NCBI GenBank assembly: GCA_002269645.1
Contig: NIVC01002269.1
Location: forward strand, 1 to 64,000
Source of the DNA: Macrostomum lignano
Taxonomy: Eukaryota
Reading direction: 5' to 3'
DNA: 64,000 nt
Made by a program: the position numbers and the translations under genes. Below the pieces are notes generated by a model. The model was not told the DNA's origin and did not search any database. It saw only the letters and a program-made list of their open reading frames with translations. Below, one piece after another: positions 50,401 to 61,797 of this stretch. Numbering within the stretch: position 1 is the stretch's first letter; every line of letters starts with the position of its first letter.

Positions 50401-51805
50401 TTTCTGAGTTGTCCTTGGGTTGGCTCTCATTGCTGCGAATTGCACGAAAACCTGAATAGGCTGAGAGTGATTGGCAAATATGGCAAATACTCGCAAGGCT
50501 CGGGCTCCAGAAAGGGCGGCTGGAGCCTGAGCAATAGACACTCTTGCCTATTGAGTAGCTAAAATTGAGCTAAAAAACATGAAAGATTGGCAGTGTGTTC
50601 TTACATAACCCGTTGAAAGCGTTACTGCGACAAGGATCGCTAGAGGGTCATAGTAAACAACTCACTAGCAGCGACTTTAGCGACTTTTTAACAATTAAAA
50701 CGACCGCAATGCGACGCAAAGGCGACTGTTGAGTCACGAGCGCATCACGTGGGTTTCGGAATTGCAAGAGTGGCGAAAACGTCGTTGTGCAAACGCTTAA
50801 CTTTCTACTAGCTCAGTAGACTAAATAGAGTTTTTATAAATGCGAAATGCGCTCAAGACGCAACTCGGTGATTCCACAGCGACTCGGGAGCATGAACCAG
50901 AGACGACTCTACGGCCCCATATTTATTACAGAAGCGCCCGAGAGTCGTTACAGAGTCGCAGACAATCAAACACCTCAAATTGACTTTTGGGTGACTCTTA
51001 GACGTTATCGTTTTAGAGTCGTCTAGAGTCACTTCTTTCCTATTTTACCTGTGTTATCTGCAACGACTCTGGGGCGACCCAGGTGACACAGGGACGCTTC
51101 TAGGCCTAGACGCATCTGAAGGCTGCGTACGGCTGTTCAGTCCAAGGACTGGGGAGTCGCCACAGACACCCTCAATTACCCCAGCTAATGCTGGCACCCA
51201 TTTTACAGCTGGGTGAATTGAAGCAATGCAGAGTGAAGTGTCTTGCCAAAGGACACAAATTGTTCCAGTTCCAGTGGGACCGGGAATCGAACCCCCGACC
51301 TTCAAATCGTGAGTCTGACGCTCTGACTATTAGGCCAGAATCTAGATAGCGGGGTCTGCACAAAGTCAAAACTCAGTAAAGCCAATCTTGATAGCTCAAA
51401 ACCTCACAAATTTCGAGCTTGCGAAAGAGAATCTAAATAACATAATGCGGACTTCAGAGATAGTACCGGCAAACCCCAACCGCTAATAGTGAAACCAATA
51501 AAAGTGCAAACCCACCAAGCCAATTGCAGATCAGTCAATTTGCAGTGCAAAGCCGCTTTTAAACAATGCAAACAGAGTTGATAATTGCCGTCAACTCTGA
51601 ACCGCTCGGCCATGCCTAGCAGGGAGGCGTAGCAGGCCTCCTGATCTGCCCATTCCGAGGCGCCGTGAGCAGCCTGGCTGGTCGATGGCGCCGCCGATGA
51701 CGCCAATGCTTTGCTGCCATGATGCGAAGCCGCAGCGGATGAGACCGGTTCGACCGGCTCCTCCAGAGCGCGGGATAAAAAGGATTCTGAGTTCCAATGA
51801 CTCAT
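41455..51805 (-). CDS. MAU2: MAU2/Scc4 cohesin loading factor, 738 aa; exons 51805-51516, 49506-49240, 48468-48195, 47536-47222, 45696-45559, 44560-44169, 43049-42719, 41664-41455
   Basis: All seven introns are GT-AG with matching phases; exon lengths sum to 2217 nt. Motifs match human MAU2: [100 protein letters not shown]. The start Met is the less certain part; an upstream in-frame ATG exists at 51910. Confidence 0.96.
41893..42660. repeat. 28-bp degenerate minisatellite, MAU2 intron 7
   Basis: Consensus CTTCCGGTTGTCAGACTGAAAGGTCCTA. Confidence 0.92.
43137..44150. repeat. Compound 30-bp/28-bp minisatellite, MAU2 intron 6
   Basis: Units CAGCAACTGAGGATCTGGGAAGATGGTGGT and GGCTGGCCCAGCAACTGAGGATCTGGGA share a core. 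Confidence 0.96.
44615..45500. repeat. 22-bp minisatellite, MAU2 intron 5
   Basis: Unit CTAATGACTGTCAAAGGCCATT. Confidence 0.95.
45855..47140. repeat. Two adjacent minisatellites (~28 bp, then 25 bp), MAU2 intron 4
   Basis: GATCCTGACGGTCAAGACCCAGGGGTGGGG-type to ~46760, then GGGGGACAAGGGGTCAAGAAACAGA; both share GGTCAAGA. Confidence 0.95.
47575..48047. repeat. 52-bp minisatellite (9 units), MAU2 intron 3
   Basis: Unit AGAATCACGCCAGTCTGAGCTGTCACATCTCACCTCGTTCAGATCCCATCTC. Confidence 0.96.
48520..49030. repeat. 31-bp minisatellite (~16 units), MAU2 intron 2
   Basis: Unit CTGACATTTAGTTGCTATGACCATATATGGA. Confidence 0.96.
49653..50417. mobile_element. hAT-like MITE in MAU2 intron 1 whose left subterminal unit is amplified (63 bp x ~6)
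   Basis: TIR CAAGGACAACTCA / TGAGTTGTCCTTG; flanks GGTTGGCC and GGTTGGCT (7/8; alternatively an exact 6-bp GTTGGC). Positions 50360-50402 are the inverted copy of 50010-50050. Confidence 0.75.
51030..51340 (-). mobile_element. tRNA-derived CORE-like SINE, copy 2 (MAU2 intron 1)
   Basis: Reverse complement is colinear with copy 1 from the A box through GGACTGAACAGCCGTACGCAG.CTTCAGATGCG, then the tails diverge. Confidence 0.88.
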
Positions 51806-51914
51806 GGGATGGGGATCGGGGCCGGGACTGTCGAACTGGGAGACTGCAAGGCGAGCGGTGGTGGTGTGCAAGGGGGCGAATTGGTCTGACTTAAGTGCCC
51901 CCCTAAGCATGTCT

Positions 51915-53000
51915 TAGCCTGTCTTGTGTCTTATAGGACACTTGATGTGTCTCACAGCCTGTCTTGTGTCTTTAGGACACTGTCCTAATGTGTCTCATAG
52001 TCTGTCTTAATGTCTCATAGACTGTCCTAATATGTCTCATAGTCTGTCTTAATGTCTCATGAACTGTCCTAATGTGTCTCATAGTCTGTCTTAATGTCTC
52101 ATAGACTGTCCTAATATGTCTCATAGTCTGTCTTAATGTCTCATGAACTGTCCTAATGTGTCTCATAGTCTGTCTTAATGTCTCATAAACTGTCATAATG
52201 TGTCTCATAGCCTGTTTTAATGTGTCTCATAGCCTGTCTTAATGTCTCATAGACTGTCCTAATGTGTCTCATAGCCTGTCTTAATGTCTCATAGACTGTC
52301 CTAATGTGTCTCATAGCCTGTCTTAATGTCTCATAGACTGTCCTAATGTGTCTCATAGCCTGTCTTAATGTCTCATAGACTGTTTTAATGTGTCTCATAG
52401 CCTGTCTTAATGTCTCATAGACTGTCCTAATGTGTCTCATAGCCTGTCTTAATGTCTCATAGACTGTCCTAATGTGTCTCATAGCCTGTCTTAATGTCTC
52501 ATAGACTGTTTTAATGTGTCTCATAGCCTGTCTTAATGTCTCATAGACTGTTTTAATGTGTCTCATAGCCTGTCTTAATGTCTCATAGACTGTCCTAATG
52601 TGTCTCATAGCCTGTCTTAATGTCTCATAGACTGTCCTAATGTGTCTCATAGCCTGTCTTAATGTCTCATAGACTGTCCTAATGTGTCTCATAGCCTGTC
52701 TTAATGTCTCATAGACTGTCCTAATGTGTCTCATAGCCTGTCTTAATGTCTCATAGACTGTCCTAATGTGTCTCATAGCCTGTCTTAATGTCTCATAGAC
52801 TGTTTTAATGTGTCTCATAGCCTGTCTTAATGTCTCATAGACTGTCCTAATGTGTCTCATAGCCTGTCTTAATGTCTCATAAACTGTCCTAATGTGTCTC
52901 ATAGCCTGTCTTAATGTCTCATAAACTGTCCTAATGTGTCTCATAGCCTGTCCTAATGTCTCATAGACTGTCCTAATGTGTCTCATAGCCTGTCCTAATA
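51915..53000. repeat. 42-bp (20+22 dimer) minisatellite upstream of MAU2
   Basis: Unit TGTCTCATAGCCTGTCTTAATGTCTCATAGACTGTCCTAATG. Confidence 0.96.
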
Positions 53001-53924
53001 GCATATCTGACAACCCATTGCTTGACCAATCTATTTCCATCGAATTCCAGTTATTAGATTAGACTCTGACCAGAGCACAAGTCTGACTGTATTCCAATGG
53101 AAAATTTCAATTGGATTCTGGTTGCTGTTTTTTCAGTAGGATCTTTGCACAATATACAGCATGTATCATTAGTGCCCTCTTGTTTTTGCTTGCCAGTTTA
53201 CACCTATATGATGACTGTCCACAGAGAAGATAAATCTTCACTCAATTTTATAGGTCGCTAACTAGGCAAATTATACTAGAGACAGTAACAGATTATTATA
53301 ATTTAATGAGTTTATATTCATCAAAGGACATTTTATGAATAATAAAACTAAAACTTAGGGATCAAAAGTTCTATATGCTTTGTGTTTAATGGTACAAACT
53401 GTATCTTAATATGAGTTTTATAAAAAAACATATGAGCATTTCCTTATTGATTCATAGCTTTCCAATCAGGCCCTTAACCCCAAACTGTTATGCTACCTAT
53501 ACTGCTTTCCTAAACTAGCCTATCTTTACAAATAACAAATAGACAGCGAAATAAAGCCTTCATAAAAAACAACAGACATTCCCTCTAAAAACGAAACATC
53601 CCAAGACAGCAAGCATCTCCAGACAGCATTCAAGCATCGATCCCCAAATGGCAAGAATCCCCCTAGATAGCAAGAAACCCCAGATAGCAAGCATAACCTG
53701 GATACAAAGAGACCTTATAGATATCTAGCAACCCCCTCAGATAGCAAGTACCCTCCAACCCCCAAGAGCAAGCATGTCCCAATAGGAAGTTACCCTAGTA
53801 GCAAGCATCCCCCCAATAGCAAGTATCCCTCAAATAGCAAGTATCCATCCTTAAATAGCAAGCATCCACCAGAGAACAAGTAGCTAGTGCAACAATTTCC
53901 TTAGCTTTATAGTAGCTCCATTTT

Positions 53925-55710
53925 TTGGCGTGACACTTCTTTTTATGTTTGAAACGGTGTCTCTTTTATGTTTGAAATGGTGGCTCTTTAATGTTTGAAA
54001 TAGTGTTTCTTCTATGTTTGACATGGTGGCTCTTTTGTGTTTCACATGATAGCTCTTTAATTTTTGACATGTAGCACTTCTATGTTTGACATGGTAGCTC
54101 TTTAATGTTGACATGGTGGCTCTTCTATGTTTAAAATAGTGTTTCTTCTATGTTTGACATGGTGGCTCTTTTGTGTTTCACATGATAGCTCTTTAATTTT
54201 TGACATGTAGCACTTCTATGTTTGACATGGTAGCTCTTTAATGTTGACATGGTGGCTCTTCTATGTTTGACATGGCAGCCCTTTTATGTTTAAAATGGTG
54301 TCTCTGTTATGTTTGACATAGTGGCTCAGTTGTTTGACATGGTAGCTCTTTAATGTTTGACATGGAGTCACGTATATGTTTGACTTAGTGGCTCCCTTAT
54401 GTGTGGCATGAATCATGATGTCTCTTTTATGTTTATTGTTTGACATGGTGGCTCTTTAATTTTTGACTTGGAGTCACGTATATGTTTGACATGGTGGCTC
54501 CTTTATGTGTGGCATGGTGGCTCTTTTATGTTTGACATGGTGGCCCTTTTACATTTTAAATGGTGTCTTTTTTGTTTGGCATGGTGGCTCAATAATTTTT
54601 TGACATGGTAGCTCTTTTTTGTTTGATATGGTGGCTCCTTTGTGTGTAACAGTGTCTCTTTTATGTTTAATGTTTGACATAAAGTCATGTATATGTTTGA
54701 CATGGTAGCACTTTAATGTTTGACATGGTTGCTTTTGAATGTTTTGCATAGTGGCTTTTTATTGTTTGACATGAAGTCATGTATATGTTTAACATGGTAG
54801 CTCTTTAATGTTTGACATGGTTGCTCTTTAATGTTTGACATGGTGGCTCTTTAATGTTTGACAATTGACATGGTGGCTTTTTTATGTTTGACATGGTGGC
54901 TTTTTATTGTTCGAAATGGTTGGCTCTTTTTATGTTTGGCATAGTGGCTCTTTTATGTTTGACATGGTCATGGTGGCTCTTTTATGTTTGGCATGGTGGC
55001 TCTTTAATGTTCGACATGGTTGGCTATTTTATGGTTGGCATGGTGGCTCTTCTATGTTCAACATGGTGGCTCTTTTTGATGTTTGGCAAGGTGGCTCATT
55101 AATGTTTGACATGGTGGCTCTTTTATGTTTGACATAGAGTCACGTATATGTTTGACATGGTGGCTCTTTAATGTTTGACATGGTGGCTCTATAATGTTTG
55201 ACACGGTGGCTCTTTAATGTTTGATATGGTGGCTCATTAATGGTTGACATGGTGGCTCTTTAATGTTTGACATGGTGGCTCTTTAATGTTTGACATGGAA
55301 TAACGTATATGTTTGACATGGTGGCTTTTAAATGTTTTTCATAGTGGCTCTTTTATGTTTGACATGGAGTCACATACATGTTCAACATGGTGGCTCTTTT
55401 ATGTTCAACATGGTGGCTCTTTTATGTTTGACATGGTGGAGCTTTAATGTTTGACATGGTGACTCTTGAATGTTTGACATGGTGACTCTTAAATGTTTAA
55501 CATGGTGACTCTTTAATGTTCCACATGGTGGCTCTTTAATGTTTGACATGGTGGCCCTTTACATTTGAAATGGTGTCTTTTTTATGTTTGGCATGGTGCC
55601 TCAATAATGTTTTGATATGGTGGCTCTTTTATATCTGACATGGTGACTCTTTTATGTTTGACATGGTAGCTCTTTTATGTTTGACATGGATGGTGGCTCT
55701 TTTTTGTTTA
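53925..55710. repeat. Old, degenerate ~23-bp minisatellite
   Basis: Consensus TTTGACATGGTGGCTCTTTAATG with many substitutions. Confidence 0.9.
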
Positions 55711-55759
55711 GCATTTTGTATTTTTATGGTGTTTTAACAAAAAAATTATTTTGCACTAC

Positions 55760-55817
55760 TATGATTCGAACCCAGGTTGCTTCATTAGCAGTCTAGTCTG
55801 TTTGCATCTAGGCTATC
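55760..55817 (-). pseudogene. Degenerate tRNA-like head (pseudo-tRNA or old SINE)
   Basis: Minus strand TAGCCTAGATGC (A-box-like), AGACTGCTAAT (GCT anticodon loop), GGGTTCGAATC (B box); no intact acceptor stem. Confidence 0.35.
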
Positions 55818-58800
55818 TCTTTTCAATTGGAGAACATGAATTGTGGCCCTTATAACTCAATACTTACAGCAAGTTGGTTAGAGTAAAAAGTTATGACATA
55901 AATCAATTTCTCAGTTAGCCAGTATCAGTCTCAATTTAAGTTAGCAATATGGTTATGCAATTTCAATCAAGTCTTATGCACATTTCTTTGACAATGTTTT
56001 CAACTTGTTGTGATGCAATCTTTAACAGAATCAGAATTCAACTAGTCAGTTTTGTCTCTAGCATTCTTACAATGCATTTCAAGTCAAAAATTTAGCTTGA
56101 CCTTTGAAAAAAAGCATGTTTTTCGAATATTTAATCCCTTTAACATTGAGCAATTTCTTAGCCAAGATACTGTCACGGGAAAATTTCTGATCAAATGGTG
56201 CAAGATTGAAGAAAATTGGTAGAGCCATTTTTTCTGAAATCTATCACATACCTACCTACCCACAGATAACTAATTTTTAGTATATAGGAGAAGGAGAAGA
56301 TGTCTTAAACTAAGTACATGATATGCATTATCAGCTAAGTGTTTTGCAGAAAAATATACATTAGAAGTACTATTAATTGATATTATTACTAATTATACAT
56401 TTAGATTTTCATTGCAAAGGTGCCTTAAGACTATAGCTAATAGTAGATAATAGATAGCTAGATTAGATTATTAGATTAATAATATTAATCTATCTAATAT
56501 TATCTAATATTATAATTAATATTAGATAATATTAGATTATTATCAAATTCATTTATAATAAATATTTGTTGCCAATTTTTTTTATTGTATGGGAGTTAGG
56601 TTGGCACTTTAGTTGTTTGTATTTTCATTATTTTAGAAACTTAACTTTTGTAGAAGACTTTTTTTGCCTGCTTTGACCTAGAATTGGCATTATTGTTATT
56701 TTTCTCTTTGTTGGCTATTGTCTTTGTCCTAGCTATAGTGCTTTTTTGTTTTTATCTTTGGCCCTATTATGCCCCATTCTTAGTTTTAATCCCATTTTCT
56801 GCTATTTTATCTATATTTTCTTTTATTTTCCATTGGCCTATCCAATCCCAGTTTTGTATTTGCCTATACACTGCCCTGCGGGTTGGCAATACTAATTTTG
56901 TTCACATAAATATATCTTAAATGATGATGGTTATAACTTCCCTCCTACCTTTTATACTTTCAACTTATAAACTTTCCTTTGATACTAATTTAATACTTGT
57001 TTAATAGTTAGTTTACCAAACCTTTGCCACTTTAGTGACTGTTTTATTTTAACTTAGCCTCAGCACACCACAGCTCTGCCAGTTTATTTTGTTAGTCATC
57101 TCGCATAATTTATCAACTTGCTTAATTTCAATTAACTATTTATCTATTAGCAACCAATAAAACTAAATGAAACAGTATTTATTCATTCATCAATAAAAGC
57201 CCATAGCATTATCTTGAGTCATTTGCCTATGGGCATAAAACAACCAAATTGATCTCATTTCTACATAAGCTTTAAGTAAATTAACAATAATGTTTTATAA
57301 TATATAAATTATAATGATAGTACTGCTATTCTACTAATAGTAATTATCAAATCATTTCAATATACACTGAAACTATAGTATTTAAGGACAATTAAACAAC
57401 AATGCCTAATGAAGACCACTCAACTATAACAATTACCCTTCCCCCAAAAATTCCAAAATTGAGGACTAAACAGACAGAATTTAGGAGAAAAAATTGTTGG
57501 AATTCAATTATATAATTTTTCTAGCTTTATTATATGCAAACTCAATGCCAGTAGCCTTTAAAATTCTATAAACCAACCCACTGACCTAAAAGCAATTTTT
57601 CCATTTTATTTCTATTACTATTACTAAATTGGTTAGCATCCAAAAATGAGCTTAAGATATTCAACACAATTCCTAACATAATAGCTAATATTTCCTACCT
57701 TTATGCTAGATATCACTATTTATATTTAAATTGATTTTTGGCAAATGTTTTCAATTTCATTCAATAATCTAGTGTTCATATTTATATATAAATAGATAAT
57801 ATTTAATAGATAATAATAAGATTACCATATTATTACGAAAAATAATAATGACTTTTTTATAATCTTTAAAGTTTAATTATGATCATTTGAATATCATTAT
57901 TTTTAACTAGGCCTAGGCCCTAAATTAAATGAGCAAAATATTGTTTGACAAAAGCATTTTTGGTGAAATGTCTTGGAATCCTATTATACCTATACCATTG
58001 GCATTGTTCTTAGCCTATTTATTAAAATTATCAAAAAGATGGTATGATGTTCCTGAAGATAAGGTCAGTAAAATACTTTCAGATTAGAAACCTTTTGTAG
58101 TTTGTTAGCCTAGTCTTGTACTCAAAATGCATTCTTTAATCTTTATGCAGTTGTGTTATGTCAAAAGCATTTAACCCGAACTTGGCTTATGTTAAGCAAG
58201 GCCTATCTACTGTTGCAATTTGCAATTAAAGTTCAAGAAAATGAAAACAATGAGGTAGGCCCTAGGCCTAGCCTATTCGGTAACGTTAGTCTTAAGACTT
58301 AGACTTAGACTTAGACTTAGCAAAAAATATACTAAGCGGAAAACTTCTTAAAGCGTGAAGATGTTTAGGGCCTACTACAGTAATGAATTGAAAAAGGCTA
58401 TGCAGTAAGCAGTCTGTATTTAATGTATTGTAGACTTGTAGTTTCCAGCATGCTCACGTTGCGACTTGCGTCCCTAGACGCGCTGACTTAATTGAAAAAA
58501 AATTGAAAAGAAAGTAAATTGTTTTTGTGGCTGACCCAATAAATATACTTAATTATAGGTTATCCTAAATAAAAACTGTGCTGTTTTTTTCTACCCAAAA
58601 GTTATTGAACTATTTTGCTGCAATATATTAATTTCATAATCGCAACAAAATTTTCGTTTTGTTTAACTTTGACAAATTTAGCTTTTATTTTTTAAATAGC
58701 GCAAATCTCTACAGAATTAATTTAGACAATTGTTGCTATTCACCTTTTGATTTACAGTATAGTAGTTGATCAAAGTCTTTTTCTGAATTATTTACGAAGC

Positions 58801-58902
58801 TCTTACAGTTTTCTGGTCTTACTCGTACAATTACAGAATGAGCAACAATTGTGCAGAATGACAGAATTACAGAATTGACTCGTACAATACAGAATGACAG
58901 AA

Positions 58903-58980
58903 TACAAATGTGCTGTCTGTTTGCAAAAAAACAAAACGACATGTAATGTATTGAAAATCTACTTGCACAACATCTGCTTC
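58903..58980 (+). pseudogene. Relic of a piggyBac-type transposase C-terminal cysteine-rich domain
   Basis: YKCAVCLQKNKTTCNVLKIYLHNICF fits C-x2-C-x7-C-x2-(C)-x3-LH-x2-CF with one Cys lost; no catalytic domain or TIR recognised. Confidence 0.4.
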
Positions 58981-59822
58981 GTGAATTTATCCGAATATGA
59001 TCCTATTAAAATCAAGTATGACTGGATTAAAAAACGCAAATAAATTTTCTGTTGGCGACCATAGTCTTGAACAAATAACCAAGAAAAAATGCCCCATAAG
59101 ACCACAAGTATATTCTTCTTCACTCGTGTACCCATGCAGCTCGCATGTAAAATCATCTTAAACCGTCTTAATCGGACGTAATTCCTCAAAAATGCTGCTC
59201 CTTTTTTGCATTCTTGATCAAATAGTCAGCTGTTTTTTCTTACTTTTATGCCTTTCTGAAAAGTTATACATGTACTTGCATGGAGCAACTATAAACTATA
59301 AATTGTACCTAGATATGTAACCTGTAAATAAATGGATAGCAATCGACTTTCATTCTATACTGAATAATAATGAAATGAATGGCTCTAAAAAGCTGCTTTA
59401 TAGCAATTTGTTTCTAGTTTTAATTCGGTAATTTAACAAGCAGCTGCAACTACGATCGCTACATTCATTGATCTATATATATAGAGTTTTGATTTATAGG
59501 TATAGATTATGCTTACAGTTCGTGTTCCTTTTGTCGATACAAGTGTACTTTTTATATTAGATGATGGGCATAGCGTACTAAATACATGCTAGTGTATTGG
59601 ATGCTGCATTTTACACTGTATACAGCATGTATCAACAGAAAAAATGTAGACACGAGCTAATCAGATATTTGAGTACGTTAATTCGGCTGGATTATAAATC
59701 TATGTACATGTACAAAAACTTCGCACATTTACAAGCTCTGTACCTATATGAAATTATCCTTTGAATGAACTGCTATCCATGTACATGTTGCTCATACAAT
59801 TTCAGACGGCAAATTTAGCAAA

Positions 59823-61542
59823 ATGGAAAAGCTGCTGGTCATTCAGACAGGAGGTAAGAAATTTGAGCTCGTCGTTTAGGGCCTGTTCAAACATCAGTTG
59901 GATGCAGGAAACCTACATTGAAAGTAGGTTTTTGAACATACTTCCTTCCTGGATCCTTTCTAAGGTGTGTCCTTTTTAAGGTCCTCGGGTCATAGGGTCT
60001 TTCAGATCATCAGGCTGGGGCCACCATCTTCCTTTATCATCAGGTTGGGGCCACCATCTTCCTTTATCATCAGGTTGGGGCCACCATCTTCCTTTATCAT
60101 CAGGTTGGGGCCACCATCTTCCTTTATCATCAGGTTGGGGCCACCATCTTCCTTCATCATCAGGTTGGGGCCACCATCTTCCTTTATCATCAGGTTGGGG
60201 CCACCATTTTCCTTTATCATCAGGTTGGGGCCACCATCTTCCTACACCATTTTCCTTCCAATCTTCATGTAGTTTGGTAACCTATTTTATAGCTAGATCA
60301 AAACTGTCGATTCCCCAGGCACCATAGACAAATGCTATCCCAGAGCCATCGGAGGCTACGCCTTTGAGTTCGGGGACAGCGGCTATTGCCGTCAACTATT
60401 GGAGCGACAGCTCTCCGATTGGGAGTCGCGATTCGAATTTCTATCGATATTTGCCAAAGACGGTCAGGACATTTCCGACGTGTGTGTGTGCGTGTGCATG
60501 CTCAAGAGTCAGCGGATTGGGCACGACTGCTTAACTGCCTTCTCACTGGCTGCGGTTCGACTGTCACCTTGAGCTAAGGCAGTATCTAAACTGCCCCACT
60601 AAGGTAATTGGTATAAAAAACCACGCGAACTAATTTATTGCAGAGTAAAATTGGCCGAGGTCATTAAGTCGAGCGGCAGTCGAAGGGTCCTTGTAACGCA
60701 TGGCACGGACACACTGTTGGACACGGCCAGGTTTCTTCAGAGCTACCTAAAATCAGGGAGGGCACTTACATGTATATTGTCGGTATTTTCTTTATAAATA
60801 ATCAACTATCCTTACCAGTTAACTGCACCAAATATGGAATCCCAGTGCATGATGAATGGAAATTGATGAGTATCAAAAGGCTCATTAAGGGATTAATCAG
60901 ACTAGAAAGGCACTTCCCGTTCCGTCCCGTTCCGTCCCGTTCCGTCCCGTTCCGTCCCGTTCCGTCCCGTTCCGTCCCGTTCCGTCCCGTTCCGTCCCGT
61001 TCCGTCCCGTTCCGTCCCGTCCCGTTCCGTCCCGTTCCGTCCCGTTCCGTCCCGTTCCGTCCCGTTCCGTCCCGTTCCGTCCCGTTCCGTCCCGTTCCGT
61101 CCCGTTCCGTCCCGTTCCGTCCCGTTCCGTCCCGTTCCGTCCCGTTCCGTCCCGTTCCGTCCCGTTCCGTCCCGTTCCGTCCCGTTCCGTCCCGTTCCGT
61201 CCCGTTCCGTCCCGTTCCGTTCCGAATTAGCACGACAGCTCACGCGCCTAATTCTCTACAGACTTTGACGTCGCCAGCACCGCAGCGCCAGTTGTAATTC
61301 TGACCGGCGCCAGACTGCCCGGCGCTTTCAAAGACACCGACGCCGATTTAAACATCGGCTTTGCCCTCGGCTGTCTGGCCGCCGCCAGACCCGCTGCCAG
61401 AGACCAGGCCAATGGCGGCAATCGGACAACGTTGCTCAAGCCAGGTGTTTACACCTGTATGAACCTGCGACTCATGCGACCCGACGAAGTGGTCAGGAAT
61501 TTGGAAACCGGAGCGTTTGACTGGCCTGCCTGTTCCGACTAA
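59823..61542 (+). CDS. Short-chain, single-domain class 1 (bacterial-type) L-asparaginase-like protein, ~200 aa; exons 59823-59853, 60319-~60481, 60644-~60771, 61262-61542
   Basis: MEKLLVIQTG|GTIDKCYPR..GYAFEFG...KDGQDISD...LAEVIKSSGSRRVLVTHGTDTLLDTARFL...VVILTGARLPGAFKDTDADLNIGFALG...PGVYTCMNLR...VVRNLETGAF. Contains GGT and HGTDT motifs; AATAAA at 61639. The exon 2/3 and 3/4 donor positions are not fully resolved. Confidence 0.9.
60004..60245. repeat. 30-bp minisatellite (8 units), asparaginase intron 1
   Basis: Unit TCATCAGGTTGGGGCCACCATCTTCCTTTA. Confidence 0.95.
60916..61222. repeat. (CCGTTCCGTC)n 10-bp repeat, asparaginase intron 3
   Basis: Read directly from the sequence. Confidence 0.97.
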
Positions 61543-61797
61543 CGCGTCACAAATATCCGCATCGATGCGACCGATATTTCTAAGAAATTCGAAATCATGC
61601 AGAAGTTGTCCGTGATTGAGCACTAAGACAATCGGTGCAATAAATCACTTTTAGTTGCAAAAAATTGTTTTGACTGACAATGGTTATTGATTTGATATTA
61701 TTGTACGAGTATTTATTACACCGAATTCGATTTATATACACATAACGACGATAGACGTTAAATATTACGAAAATATGTCAGGCTGTGGCCGTGTGCT

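Noticed and set aside
50580-51030. GCGAC/GTCGC-rich segment with mirrored motifs, MITE-like
   Set aside because: Termini and TSD could not be defined; one end is interrupted by the SINE.
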